From positions 31,279 to 95,278 of the forward strand of contig JAZSBR010000036.1 in the NCBI GenBank assembly GCA_045602545.1: a DNA stretch of 64,000 nucleotides. The letters are read 5' to 3'. The position numbers were made by a program, and so were the translations under genes. This stretch comes from Alphaproteobacteria bacterium. GTDB taxonomy: Bacteria; Pseudomonadota; Alphaproteobacteria; RF32; CAG-239. Positions 29,742 to 39,355 of the stretch are shown one piece after another (position 1 is the stretch's first letter; each line of letters opens with the position of its first letter). The notes below the pieces were generated by a model. The model was not told where the DNA came from. It searched no databases and saw nothing but the letters and a program-made list of their open reading frames with translations.

Positions 29742-29835
29742 TTTTGCTCCCAAAGATATCTTTTATCTTGCAAAATTTAAGTATTATTTATAATACTTTT
29801 TGTAAACTGTAAACATAAAAAACGGAGTTAAGCAT

Positions 29836-30204
29836 ATGATAAATAATTATAAAAGAGGTGAAAGCGATGTTCGCCCTTGGGGAACATGGGAAGTTATTGA
29901 TTGCGGAAAAGGCTTTTGCGTTAAACGTATATGCGTAAATTCGGGAGGTATATTATCTCTTCAATTGCATCATTTTCGTGCTGAGCACTGGATTATCGTA
30001 AACGGCACGGCAACAGTTACGCTTGGAGAAGAAATTATTGAAAAACAGGCAGGAGAGGCTGTTTATATTGAAAAAGAAACAAAACATCGGATTCAAAACA
30101 AGTCTGAAACACCTTTAATTTTTATTGAAATTCAAACCGGTGAAAATTTAGATGAAAATGATATTGTGCGCTATGATGATGTTTATGGCAGAATAAAACA
30201 ATAA
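29836..30204 (+). CDS. cupin-domain protein (type II phosphomannose isomerase C-terminal cupin-like)
   Basis: RPWGTWEVIDCGKGFCVKRICVNSGGILSLQLHHFRAEHWIIVNGTA…. Confidence 0.7.
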   Translation: MINNYKRGESDVRPWGTWEVIDCGKGFCVKRICVNSGGILSLQLHHFRAEHWIIVNGTATVTLGEEIIEKQAGEAVYIEKETKHRIQNKSETPLIFIEIQTGENLDENDIVRYDDVYGRIKQ

Positions 30205-30205
30205 A

Positions 30206-30790
30206 TCAGTCTAAGGATAATTCATTTTCTTTTTTTTCGGCATCTTCTTTGGCGAGAGGGTTGTTGATTTTTTCCTGTTCATCTTCAAAAGAGGCACTTA
30301 AGCTTTCAAGCTCATCGGCATCAAGCTCAATTTTTTCGCCTTCAATAAGCACATAACCGCTTATGGCTTTATTGTTATCATAAAGAACTTCCGCACTGAT
30401 TTGTCCTTTGTCATCATAAAGAATCTGCGCACCGCTCTGCACTCCGTTGATATAATTCAATTCATTATGAACATTGCCGTCTTCATAATACTGATAGAAT
30501 TTGCCGTTTATTTTTCCTTGTTCAAAGGTTCCGCTATATTGCAGATTGCCGTTTTCATCATAGAATTGACCTTCGCCGTCAGGAATTCCGTTTTTGGCAG
30601 ACATTTCCATTTTGACATTACCGTTGGCATAATATGTTTTATAAATTCCGTTAATCGGCTTTTCATAGATATCAAAAACAACGCCGTTCACAACATTTGT
30701 ATTGTTTTCATTATAAATTTCAGCCTCTTCATTTTTTTTACAAGCGCTCACAAATAGCACAGAAGCGAAAAGAATGTATAAATGTTTCAT
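30206..30790 (-). CDS. MORN-variant repeat lipoprotein (YwqK-like)
   Basis: Lipobox LFVSAC. Repeats YYANGNVKMEM…G…G.FYDENGNLQYSGTF..GK.NGKFYQYYEDGN. ATG at 30790 chosen because GGAGAA lies within the 4-codon ORF-track extension. Confidence 0.7.
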   Translation of the reverse strand: MKHLYILFASVLFVSACKKNEEAEIYNENNTNVVNGVVFDIYEKPINGIYKTYYANGNVKMEMSAKNGIPDGEGQFYDENGNLQYSGTFEQGKINGKFYQYYEDGNVHNELNYINGVQSGAQILYDDKGQISAEVLYDNNKAISGYVLIEGEKIELDADELESLSASFEDEQEKINNPLAKEDAEKKENELSLD

Positions 30791-30888
30791 ATTATTCTCC
30801 ATCAGATAAGCTTATGTGATGTTAAAATACTTGGGCGTTAAAGTCAAACAAGAAAGCAAACGGTCAACAGGAGATTATAATTTTGAAC

Positions 30889-31125
30889 TTGATTTTTAAT
30901 TTTTTTTCTGTTAACATTTTTTTAGAGCATAAAAGGCTCGGAGGTATACGAACCTCTTGCAAATATGTCCTTTCATTAAGGATAGTTTTATTTTCAGTCA
31001 TACTTGTATGGCTGGAAGGTGATGAAATAAGAAGGCATGGCTTTGCGAATAAATCACACTATCTAATTTGCAATAGTTCGTAACTTCCAGTCGCCTTTGG
31101 GGCGATTTTTCTTTTATGCTCAAGT
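30889..31125 (+). promoter_or_regulatory. class-1 structured leader, copy C, with its promoter
   Basis: TTGATT(30889-94)-17 nt-TAACAT(30912-17). RNA runs from AGCAUAAAAG (30926-35) to its complement CUUUUAUGCU (31111-20). UCGCC/GGCGA hairpin + U-tract at 31090-31115. Confidence 0.7.
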
Positions 31126-31380
31126 GGCGTAATTTTTAAGAAAAGGACTGTTAAAATGAACAATGTTTTTAATAGAGTGCAAATGCTCGAAACAAATGAG
31201 AATTGCAATAAATTTTCCAAGAGTGTTTCGTATGAAACACTCGTCGGCGGTACGACGACAATCGGCAGGGAGTATGAACAGAATCAGCGGTTGAGTGAGG
31301 GCAGTGCGGATAAACCGCTTTCGGCGGTCGGCACTTTGACATCGTTGCTGTGCAACTCCGCCAAAGTGGAGGAAAAATGG

Positions 31381-32265
31381 TTGCAAATATCGCCTGTATT
31401 TAGGTTGGCAAAAATTTTTAGCTTAGTGGCGGTTTTATCCGTTGGTATGATGAGCGAATCATGGGCAGACTGTTGGGCTACTGAAAACAATCTGATTAAA
31501 AGCTGCTACAATACCTGGGAACCCGGAAAGCCAGACAATTGCGGAGATGGTTGTACTTATACCTACAATAACGGCAAACTAACCGTAACCGCCACTAAAC
31601 CTGGTGCGGTTATACAGCAAGGTATTTTTGCTCTAAGGTATTATGAGGAAAAAGCTGGTTTTCCCAATATAACTAACGTCGAAATAGCCGGTGAATTTGA
31701 TACTATCGGAGGACATGCTTTTTTGAATAATGCCGCTACCATATCCGGAAAAGGCGGAGTTTTATACACAAATAGCATTGATTATAATGCCTTTGGCAAC
31801 GATAATACTTTAACAGGAACAATAATTGTAAGTGATAAACAAACTACTTTAGGAGAAGGACCTTGGTATAATGCAACTCTAAACGCAACCATGATTCTTC
31901 CTCCGACAATTAAATCCATTTCCGGTTGGGCTCTTTATGGTTTGAATTTAGGCTCAAATGCCAAAATTTATTGCGGAGTTGAAAATTGCGAAGAATTGTT
32001 CAGTAATGTTAATTGTGATGCAATCGATGAACAATATTCGACACGGTGTAAAAATAACTTAAACACATTACTTTCTTCCGGTAAATTGCTTGCCTATCCC
32101 GACGGTTGCACGAAAATGGGCGCCTCGGGTTGCACAAAATGCAAAAACGAAAACTTCAAATTAAACGATGGTGAATGCGACCGCTTACGCTATACTCCTG
32201 CCGAGGCGGCGGAGGTGCTGACTGATGATAATAATAACAGTGTGACGATTACGTTTAGAAAGTAA
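31381..32265 (+). CDS. secreted LRR-like protein with family C-terminal module (paralog 4); ORF-track start 31156 probably too far upstream
   Basis: In-frame TTG at 31381 sits 8 nt after GGAGG and yields a classical signal peptide (M)QISPVFRLAKIFSLVAVLSVGMMSESWA. C-terminus DRLRYTPAEAAEVLTDDNNNSVTITFRK. Degenerate BspA-like repeats. Confidence 0.7.
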   Translation: MQISPVFRLAKIFSLVAVLSVGMMSESWADCWATENNLIKSCYNTWEPGKPDNCGDGCTYTYNNGKLTVTATKPGAVIQQGIFALRYYEEKAGFPNITNVEIAGEFDTIGGHAFLNNAATISGKGGVLYTNSIDYNAFGNDNTLTGTIIVSDKQTTLGEGPWYNATLNATMILPPTIKSISGWALYGLNLGSNAKIYCGVENCEELFSNVNCDAIDEQYSTRCKNNLNTLLSSGKLLAYPDGCTKMGASGCTKCKNENFKLNDGECDRLRYTPAEAAEVLTDDNNNSVTITFRK

Positions 32266-32280
32266 AATACATAAAAATCA

Positions 32281-32320
32281 AAAAAACTCCCTAGTTTTAG
32301 CTTAAAACGAGGGAGTTTTA
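32281..32320. terminator. bidirectional terminator between convergent genes
   Basis: AAAAAACUCCCU-loop-AGGGAGUUUUAU. Confidence 0.65.
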
Positions 32321-32338
32321 TAATCTGCAAATCTATAA

Positions 32339-33112
32339 TTACTTAATATAGGGCAGGGCGTTGACCAAATCTTCTTCAGTGTTGATATCAGCCGGTGCTT
32401 CTTTAACCAGCTTGATATTATCAACAAGCATTGCCCGAACACTCATGCCGTTTTCTAGAGCGCGCAATTGCTCCAAGGCCTCGCGTTTTTCCAAAACACC
32501 GGTCGGTAGCGATACCATTTTTTGCAATGAGGCGGCCTTAAATACATAAATACCGATATGATAATACAAATCCTGATTAGGGCATTTTTCCGGATTTCTG
32601 GTATATGGCGCAGTGGCGCGGGTAAAGTATAAACAGCGACCTTCTTTTTCGCCCTCACGCATACCCATGATGATTTTAACCACATTCGGGTTATTTTTAT
32701 CTTCTTCCGATTTAATCAACATTCCGCAGGTGGCAATGTCGCAATCGGTGCGCTTAACCATCTCAACCAAAGGAATTGTGACTTTCGGGTCAACATTGAT
32801 ATTATCGCCCTGAAAATCAACCACAATATCATATTTTGAGCCGTCCGGATCCAAAACTTTTAAGGCGGCGGCAATTCTGTCGGTTCCGCTCGGCAAATTC
32901 GGATCGGTTAAAATTGCGGTTGCGCCGAATTTTTGGCACTCATCAACAATCGCCTGATCGCCGGCGGCAATTGCAATATCCGTATCAAGCGCATTTTTAA
33001 CGTTTTCATAAACGCGTTGCACCATGGTTTTGCCGTTAATCACGCGAAGCGGTTTGTTCGGCAATCTGGTGGCAGCTAAACGTACCGGCATTAAAGTTAT
33101 AACTCTGCTCAT
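32339..33112 (-). CDS. kdsB: 3-deoxy-manno-octulosonate cytidylyltransferase
   Basis: MSRVITLMPVRLAATRLPNKPLRVINGKTMVQRVYE… and …LEQLRALENG…. Confidence 0.9.
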   Translation of the reverse strand: MSRVITLMPVRLAATRLPNKPLRVINGKTMVQRVYENVKNALDTDIAIAAGDQAIVDECQKFGATAILTDPNLPSGTDRIAAALKVLDPDGSKYDIVVDFQGDNINVDPKVTIPLVEMVKRTDCDIATCGMLIKSEEDKNNPNVVKIIMGMREGEKEGRCLYFTRATAPYTRNPEKCPNQDLYYHIGIYVFKAASLQKMVSLPTGVLEKREALEQLRALENGMSVRAMLVDNIKLVKEAPADINTEEDLVNALPYIK

Positions 33113-33129
33113 TTTATTTCTCCTTAAAG

Positions 33130-33546
33130 TTAAATTCTGTTCATATTTTCAGCAAAAGCTTGTTTGATTTTAGCGATAATTTTTTGTTTTTCCGCCGGCT
33201 CATATTTAGAACTGTGCGAGTTCCAAACCGTTCCCGGCCAATCAGGGTCACCATTTTTACGGCAAACAATATGCACATGAAGCTGAGGTGTCATATTGCC
33301 TATCATCGCGACATTGTCTTGGTCACACGGAAAAAGCGAAAACATAATATCTTCAGCCAAAGCGATTTCTTTCATCAGCTGAAAACGTTCATCCATTGTT
33401 AAACCGGTCATATTCTTGGTGTTTTCTTTCTTCGGAACCAGAAAAATCCACGGATAATATTTGTTATCTTCAAACAAAACCGTGCAAAGTTTTAAATCAG
33501 TGATATAATCCTTAGCCTTTAAGGCCGGAACAAGTTCAAAAGCCAT
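33130..33546 (-). CDS. HIT-family protein
   Basis: 138 aa, …TPQLHVHIVCRKNGDPDWPGTVW… histidine-triad-like motif. Confidence 0.65.
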   Translation of the reverse strand: MAFELVPALKAKDYITDLKLCTVLFEDNKYYPWIFLVPKKENTKNMTGLTMDERFQLMKEIALAEDIMFSLFPCDQDNVAMIGNMTPQLHVHIVCRKNGDPDWPGTVWNSHSSKYEPAEKQKIIAKIKQAFAENMNRI

Positions 33547-34526
33547 TATTTACCTCCGACGCTTTTTATTTGTATTATCTCTTCTAGCGCAATATTTTCT
33601 TTATGGCAAATGTTTTCTAACGAGTTTCCTCTGCTTATTTCTTCCGCAGTCACACCGGTTTTAACGCACAAAATCGGCGCAACACCGATATTTACGGCGC
33701 CTTTAATGTCGGTGCGCACCGTATCGCCAATCATACAAGTTCGCGCTTTGTTGATTTTTATGCCGTTGTTTTGCAAAATTTCAAAAGCATACTCATATAT
33801 ATTTTTATGCGGTTTGCCGAATTCCAAAACTTCGGCACCGGCTTGGCGCAACATTTCGGCAATTGTGCCGTTGCGTACAACAAATTGTGCCGGCAAGTCA
33901 GGCACAAGCGGATGACCTTCTTTTGCCACATAATCCGGATTGGCATTAACAGCCGGCAATTTGCTTTTTATAACCTCATTAACAATTTCCTCAAAAGGCT
34001 CGGCAGTCAGACTGTTCCACACAACGGGCTTGTCACTTTCGGCCGTCTTAAACGGCAAGAATTTATCTCTCAGTTCAGGATATTTTTTATATTGCTCTTC
34101 AAAAATAAAAGGCACACCGCAATAAACAAAATCAGCCTCATCAAGAGTTTCAACCTGTTCATAATCAGTGTCGGCAAATGCTTTAATATGAGGTTGACCG
34201 ATAACATAATATTTTTTAGGATTAGGGCAGGAAGAAAATTTTAAGCTCTTCTCCAACAATGATTTTCTGAGCAAATCACCGGATGATATGAGAAAATTAT
34301 ACTCTTTGCCATAATGCAATCCCTGACGCTCGTATTTTTTCATATTATCTGCCGAAAGCGCCGAAGAATTGGAAATAACCACAACGGTTTTGCCTTGGTT
34401 AATCAGGTTTTGCATGGTTTCACGGCTGTTTTCATAAAAACCGTTGCCTTCCCAAAAAACACCGTAAGCGTCAAATAAGAACAAGTCAAAATTGTCGCTG
34501 ATTTCGGATAAACTGTTGTAAATCAT
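33546..34526 (-). CDS. HAD-superfamily hydrolase, subfamily IIA-like
   Basis: Motif I FLFDAYGVFWEG, motif …VVVISNSS…, C-terminal …CMIGDTVRTDIKGA…. Confidence 0.7.
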   Translation of the reverse strand: MIYNSLSEISDNFDLFLFDAYGVFWEGNGFYENSRETMQNLINQGKTVVVISNSSALSADNMKKYERQGLHYGKEYNFLISSGDLLRKSLLEKSLKFSSCPNPKKYYVIGQPHIKAFADTDYEQVETLDEADFVYCGVPFIFEEQYKKYPELRDKFLPFKTAESDKPVVWNSLTAEPFEEIVNEVIKSKLPAVNANPDYVAKEGHPLVPDLPAQFVVRNGTIAEMLRQAGAEVLEFGKPHKNIYEYAFEILQNNGIKINKARTCMIGDTVRTDIKGAVNIGVAPILCVKTGVTAEEISRGNSLENICHKENIALEEIIQIKSVGGK

Positions 34527-34537
34527 TGAATTTCCTT

Positions 34538-35584
34538 CTATTTTAATATTGCAATGCGCGCTTTGTGGGGAATTTTAAGGTCCTTGTATTCAGGATTTTT
34601 TGCCACAAAATCTTTCCATGCCTTGCGTGATGATTTTCTTTTGGCCTTCATTTCCGGCACAATCCAAATTTTACCATAACTCAAAAAAATTTCTTTTCCG
34701 CCTAAAGTTGTACCGTTGAAAGGCAATGTTTGAAGCTCGGCAATAAGGCTTAAAATGCTGTCGGCGCGCGGAATATAATTTTTTTTCAAAAGAGTTGCCA
34801 AAATGCGAAATTTCAGCTCGTTATGCAAAGCCAAAAAATCAGTTAATTTAATGCTGAAAACCGCGTCAAAATAAGAGGTTACCTTATTGGATATTTCTTT
34901 TTGCACTTGTTCTTCAATATAGCTTTCGGCACTTTGTAAATTGGTAACGGCTTCATCAAACTTTTCTAAGCCAATTCCGGTTTTTTGTTCCAACTGAGGC
35001 AGAAATTTACGCATTTTTACACGCAAAAAATCGGTATTATCGTTTGATTCGTCATGCACCCATTTGATATTTTTTTCTTTAAGATAATTTTCCATAAATT
35101 CCGGCGGAAAATGCAACATCGGACGCAAAATTTTTAAGCCTTTATAATCGGAAATCTCGCGCATGGAACACAAACCGCTTAAACCGCTGCCACGTTCCAA
35201 ACGCATTAAAAAAGTTTCCGCTTGGTCACGCAGGTGATGAGCGGTTGCCAGATATTTTATATTATGCTCAAAGCACCATTTTCTGATGAGCTCGTAACGG
35301 GCAAGGCGTGCGGCTTCTTCCACACCGGTTAAAGGTTTTTCGCCCTCCCAGATTAAAATATGATGCTCAATATGGTGTTTTTGCATAATTTCAACCACAT
35401 ATTTTGCTTCCGCATCGGCGCTCGGGCGAAGTTTGTGATTAACTGTCAGAGCAATAACCTTAATGCCCAAAGCATCGCATTCACTTTTAAGCATGAGTGC
35501 AAGTGCCAGCGAATCAGCTCCGCCGGAAACTCCTACGGCAAGCGTATCTATTCTGATTTTATATTTATCAAAAAGCTCTAACAT
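34538..35584 (-). CDS. tilS: tRNA(Ile)-lysidine synthase
   Basis: PP-loop AVGVSGGADSLALALML, …TVNHKLRP…, …ATAHHLRDQAETFLMRLERGSG…. Confidence 0.9.
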   Translation of the reverse strand: MLELFDKYKIRIDTLAVGVSGGADSLALALMLKSECDALGIKVIALTVNHKLRPSADAEAKYVVEIMQKHHIEHHILIWEGEKPLTGVEEAARLARYELIRKWCFEHNIKYLATAHHLRDQAETFLMRLERGSGLSGLCSMREISDYKGLKILRPMLHFPPEFMENYLKEKNIKWVHDESNDNTDFLRVKMRKFLPQLEQKTGIGLEKFDEAVTNLQSAESYIEEQVQKEISNKVTSYFDAVFSIKLTDFLALHNELKFRILATLLKKNYIPRADSILSLIAELQTLPFNGTTLGGKEIFLSYGKIWIVPEMKAKRKSSRKAWKDFVAKNPEYKDLKIPHKARIAILK

Positions 35585-35619
35585 TAGTTCCTTAAACTTT
35601 TTCGCAGTGACAAAATACC

Positions 35620-36879
35620 TTATTTAAGCATATTTTCCAAAGCATTATAGTCCGGATAATCGCTCAACTTGCCCAAAAGCGCATAAGTCGGCGTGCCGGA
35701 AAATAACCGTTGTGCAACGCGCAAAATATCTTCCTTCTTAATATTATCAATCTGCGCCACAATCTCATCAATGTTGAAAAAACGACCGTAAATCAGATAA
35801 TGACGCGCCAACATCTCTGCCACCGGAAAAGAACTCTCCAAACCCATCAAAAGTCCGGCCTTTATTTGCGTTTTGGCACGTTGCAACTCAACATCGTCAA
35901 CGTATTCATTGGTGATTTTTTTGATTTGGTCGGCAACAACCGGCAAATATTGCTTGATTTGTGATGCATCAAGTCCCGCATATATTCCGCTTAAACCGGT
36001 TTTGGTATATGAGCTTACAAAACTATACACCGTATATACAAGACCGCGCTTTTCCCTTATCTCTTGAAACAAACGCGATGACATTCCGCCACCCAAAATC
36101 AACGACATAACATGCGATGTGCGAAAATCTTTATCCATATAATCAATACCGTTAAAACCCAAAACCACTTGCGCTTGCTCAACATCCCTGTTTTCAACAT
36201 AAAAACCGCCCGTGTATTTTTGCTCCGGCTTGATAAAATCCGTTCTTGAACGCAAGGAATGCATGCGCTCCTCAATCATTTTAACAAACTCTTCATGGCG
36301 CAAATTTCCGGCGGCGGCAACAATGATATTTTCACCGGCATAATGCTTTTTCATATATTCACGCAGGCTCTCGGCCGAAAATGAACGCACAAGCTCCGCC
36401 GTGCCTAATATACTGCGTCCGACCGGTTGGGCGGAAAACGCCTTTTCCTGAAAATGCTCAAACACGGCATCGCTCGGATCATCGTATGTTTGCTTGATTT
36501 CCTGTACTACAACTTCTTTTTCCTTAACCATCTCCGAATCCGGAAACGTTGGCGCCATCACAAAATCCGCCAAAACATCAACCGCAAGCTCAAGGTCATT
36601 TTTCAGCATTTTGGCATAAAAAGCAGTGAATTCGCGCGAAGTGTAGGCGTTTGTAGAGCCTCCTACATTTTCAATATCTTCCGAAATCGCCAGATAATCA
36701 CGTTTTGCCGTGCCTTTAAACACCATATGTTCAATAAAATGCGAAATTCCGTTATTATCAGCTGTTTCATAAGCACTTCCGGTGTTTATCCAAATTCCCA
36801 AAGCAACGCTCTCTACCTGAGGACGTTCAACAGTAACAATCTTCAATCCGTTGTTCAGTGTTGTAGTATTTATATCCAT
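35620..36879 (-). CDS. M16-family (pitrilysin-like) zinc peptidase
   Basis: Inverted zinc motif GISHFIEHMVFKGT. ATG at 36879 preferred over the TTG at 36885. Confidence 0.85.
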   Translation of the reverse strand: MDINTTTLNNGLKIVTVERPQVESVALGIWINTGSAYETADNNGISHFIEHMVFKGTAKRDYLAISEDIENVGGSTNAYTSREFTAFYAKMLKNDLELAVDVLADFVMAPTFPDSEMVKEKEVVVQEIKQTYDDPSDAVFEHFQEKAFSAQPVGRSILGTAELVRSFSAESLREYMKKHYAGENIIVAAAGNLRHEEFVKMIEERMHSLRSRTDFIKPEQKYTGGFYVENRDVEQAQVVLGFNGIDYMDKDFRTSHVMSLILGGGMSSRLFQEIREKRGLVYTVYSFVSSYTKTGLSGIYAGLDASQIKQYLPVVADQIKKITNEYVDDVELQRAKTQIKAGLLMGLESSFPVAEMLARHYLIYGRFFNIDEIVAQIDNIKKEDILRVAQRLFSGTPTYALLGKLSDYPDYNALENMLK

Positions 36880-36974
36880 TATCAAAGCCTTTAAAATTTA
36901 TTTGACACGCAATATATATTATTTATAATGTGAAGGCAACAAATTTTAATGTTTTATGAAAGGATTTTTTTGTT

Positions 36975-37646
36975 ATGAATAAGCAATTTCGCTTTGCGGT
37001 TGTACTGTCCGGATGCGGACGCGCCGACGGCTCGGAAATTTATGAAACAACAAGCGCATTATATGCAATCGCCAAATCAGGCAATGTTTATCAATGTTTT
37101 GCTCCGAATATTTTTCAGGCAAAAGTTGTTGACCTATATCAACGTTCCGAAGTGGCGGAAAAACGCAATGTTTTGAGCGAATCTGCACGCTTGGCACGCG
37201 GAAATATTTTTGATTTAAAACAATTTAAGGCCAAAGATTATGACGCAATCGTCTTCCCCGGCGGAATGGGCGCGGTCACCAACTGGTGCGATTATGCTTC
37301 AAAAGGGTTGGCTTGCGAAATAGATCCGGAAATAAAACGCGCTATTCTTGAAAGTTATGAACATAGGCTTGTTATTTGCGCCATGTGCATTGCTCCGACA
37401 TTGCTTGCTCTTGTTTTGGGCGATAAAAATATCCGCTTTACCTTGGGAGCTGACAGCGTGAACACTAAAGAGCTGGAAACTTTGGGTGCCGTTCATCGTG
37501 AAACTTCGGCAACCGGAGTCTGCGTTGATAAGAAAAACTTAATCTGCACAACTCCGGCATATATGCTGGCAACAAATATCACTGAAATTTTTGCCGGCGC
37601 CGAAAAAATGATTAACGAAGCCGTAAAACTTTTGGAAGAAAAATAG
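36975..37646 (+). CDS. elbB: ElbB-like DJ-1/PfpI-family protein (isoprenoid biosynthesis glyoxalase)
   Basis: FAVVLSGCGRADGSEIYETTSALYAI… and …VICAMCIAP…. Confidence 0.7.
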   Translation: MNKQFRFAVVLSGCGRADGSEIYETTSALYAIAKSGNVYQCFAPNIFQAKVVDLYQRSEVAEKRNVLSESARLARGNIFDLKQFKAKDYDAIVFPGGMGAVTNWCDYASKGLACEIDPEIKRAILESYEHRLVICAMCIAPTLLALVLGDKNIRFTLGADSVNTKELETLGAVHRETSATGVCVDKKNLICTTPAYMLATNITEIFAGAEKMINEAVKLLEEK

Positions 37647-37649
37647 TTT

Positions 37650-38759
37650 TTAAGCTTTTTGAGAGGCTAAATATTCCAAAAATTTAATCTGAATATCGGC
37701 AATTTGCTCAACGCTTTTAATGTCAACAAATTCGTTTGAAGCGTGCATGCCATCGCCTGTTCCCGAATGCATAATTACGGTTGAACCTTTAACGGCGAAT
37801 TCACGCGAATCGGTTGCTCCGCCTATATGCTCAAACTCTATTTTTTGCCCCATAATATTTTCGGCAAATGCTTTATAGCTCAAAATATCGGGATTTTGCT
37901 CATCCATAACAACCGGAGTGCTTTCTGACGCAATTTCATATCTGACGCCGTCTTCCATGCACTTATCAAGATTTTGCTTTAACTTTTCAACGCTTGAATC
38001 TTCGGTTAAGCGAAAATCCAAAAGCGCTTCGGCATGGTTAGAAATAATGTTTGAAACCTGTCCGCCTTGAATGGTGGCAAAATGCACGGTATCAATCCAT
38101 TTTTCTTCAGGTTGAGGCAAATTTGAGGCATAATACGGATAAATTTTTCTGATATTTTCCCAAGTTTTGAACAATAACTCATTGGCATCAATACCGGCCC
38201 AAGGTGTTGAACCGTGCGCTTCTTTTCCCGTTGAGATAAGTTTTACAAACACCGGATTTTTGCACTTTGTAACAATTTTGGTAATATCTCCGCCCACATC
38301 ATTATCCAGAACGATTTTCGCTTTGATATTCGGATAATTTTTCAAAAATGACTCTGTTGATTTGCTTCCTTTTTCTTCATCGGTAGATAAAACAACGCCA
38401 AACTTTATGGGCAAGTTATTTAAGCCTGCATATTCCATTGAATTCATAGCAACAGCGGCAAAAGATTTCATATCCAAAGTGCCTCGTCCAAACATCTTGC
38501 CGTCTTTAATAACCGGCTCAAACATTTTATCTTCAGCCGGCACAACATCAATATGCCCCAAAATCAAAACATCAAACTCAACTCCGTCGCAATTGCGCAG
38601 AAAAACCACCGGAGAAGCGGTGCTTTGAAAAATTTCCGCTTTTATGTTTGTTCCGGCAAATTTATTGGTAATATACTCCGTTATTTTTCTTATTTCGGCT
38701 TCGTTGCCCGTAATTGTTTTAAATCTGATTAGATCTTGAATTGTTGAAATTAAATCCAT
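37650..38759 (-). CDS. M20-family metallopeptidase (ArgE/DapE/CPG2-like)
   Basis: MDLISTIQDLIRFKTITGNEAEI…LGHIDVVPA…GRGTLDMKS…STDEEKGS. Start set to the ATG at 38759 (GGAGAATAAAAATG). The ORF-track extension overlaps the divergent SH3 gene. Confidence 0.8.
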   Translation of the reverse strand: MDLISTIQDLIRFKTITGNEAEIRKITEYITNKFAGTNIKAEIFQSTASPVVFLRNCDGVEFDVLILGHIDVVPAEDKMFEPVIKDGKMFGRGTLDMKSFAAVAMNSMEYAGLNNLPIKFGVVLSTDEEKGSKSTESFLKNYPNIKAKIVLDNDVGGDITKIVTKCKNPVFVKLISTGKEAHGSTPWAGIDANELLFKTWENIRKIYPYYASNLPQPEEKWIDTVHFATIQGGQVSNIISNHAEALLDFRLTEDSSVEKLKQNLDKCMEDGVRYEIASESTPVVMDEQNPDILSYKAFAENIMGQKIEFEHIGGATDSREFAVKGSTVIMHSGTGDGMHASNEFVDIKSVEQIADIQIKFLEYLASQKA

Positions 38760-38836
38760 TTTTATTCTCCGTTTTTTACTTTTTTTTAGCATTATTTGAG
38801 TACAATATAGCAAATATTTGTTAAAAAGGAATAAAA

Positions 38837-39352
38837 ATGAAATCGTTTTGTTATTTATTGGCGGTTTTTTTAACGGTATGCTCCGTAAATCAGGCAAATG
38901 CCTCGCAAAATGAAGATGCAAACAGCGAAACGGGCTTGCCGATACCGCGCATGGTGTCTTTGCGCTCAAGCCTGATTAACGTGCGTTCCGGTCCGGGAAG
39001 CCGTTATCCGATTGAGTGGGTATATAAGCAAAAGGGCGCTCCGGTTGAAATCATTTCAGAATTCGAACTTTGGCGCAAAATACGCGATTGGGAAGGCACG
39101 GAAACCTGGGTGCATAAAGCCATGCTTTCAGGACGCAGATTTGTTAAAGTTACCACTCCCGGCGAAAACAATATTTATGCCAAGCCTGAAGAGGGAGCAA
39201 AAATCATTGCCAAAGTTGAAGACGGCGTTGTCGGCGAGATTGAAAAATGCCCGAATGCTGACGGAATGTGCTTAATTAAGTTTGACAGCGTGAAAGGCTG
39301 GATGCCGCGCAATGATTTGTTCGGAATTTATGATCACGAGGTAATAAAATAA
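38837..39352 (+). CDS. secreted bacterial SH3-domain protein (SH3_4/DUF1058-like)
   Basis: Signal peptide MKSFCYLLAVFLTVCSVNQANA. …INVRSGPGSRYPIEWVYKQKGAPVEIISEFELWRKIRDWEGTETWVH…. Confidence 0.7.
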   Translation: MKSFCYLLAVFLTVCSVNQANASQNEDANSETGLPIPRMVSLRSSLINVRSGPGSRYPIEWVYKQKGAPVEIISEFELWRKIRDWEGTETWVHKAMLSGRRFVKVTTPGENNIYAKPEEGAKIIAKVEDGVVGEIEKCPNADGMCLIKFDSVKGWMPRNDLFGIYDHEVIK

Positions 39353-39355
39353 AAA

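Noticed and set aside
38760-38969. 70-codon N-terminal extension of the M20 peptidase.
   Set aside because: No SD is present, and it overlaps the divergent SH3-domain gene and its promoter region. The ATG at 38759 has GGAGAATAAAAATG and gives a typical M20 N-terminus.
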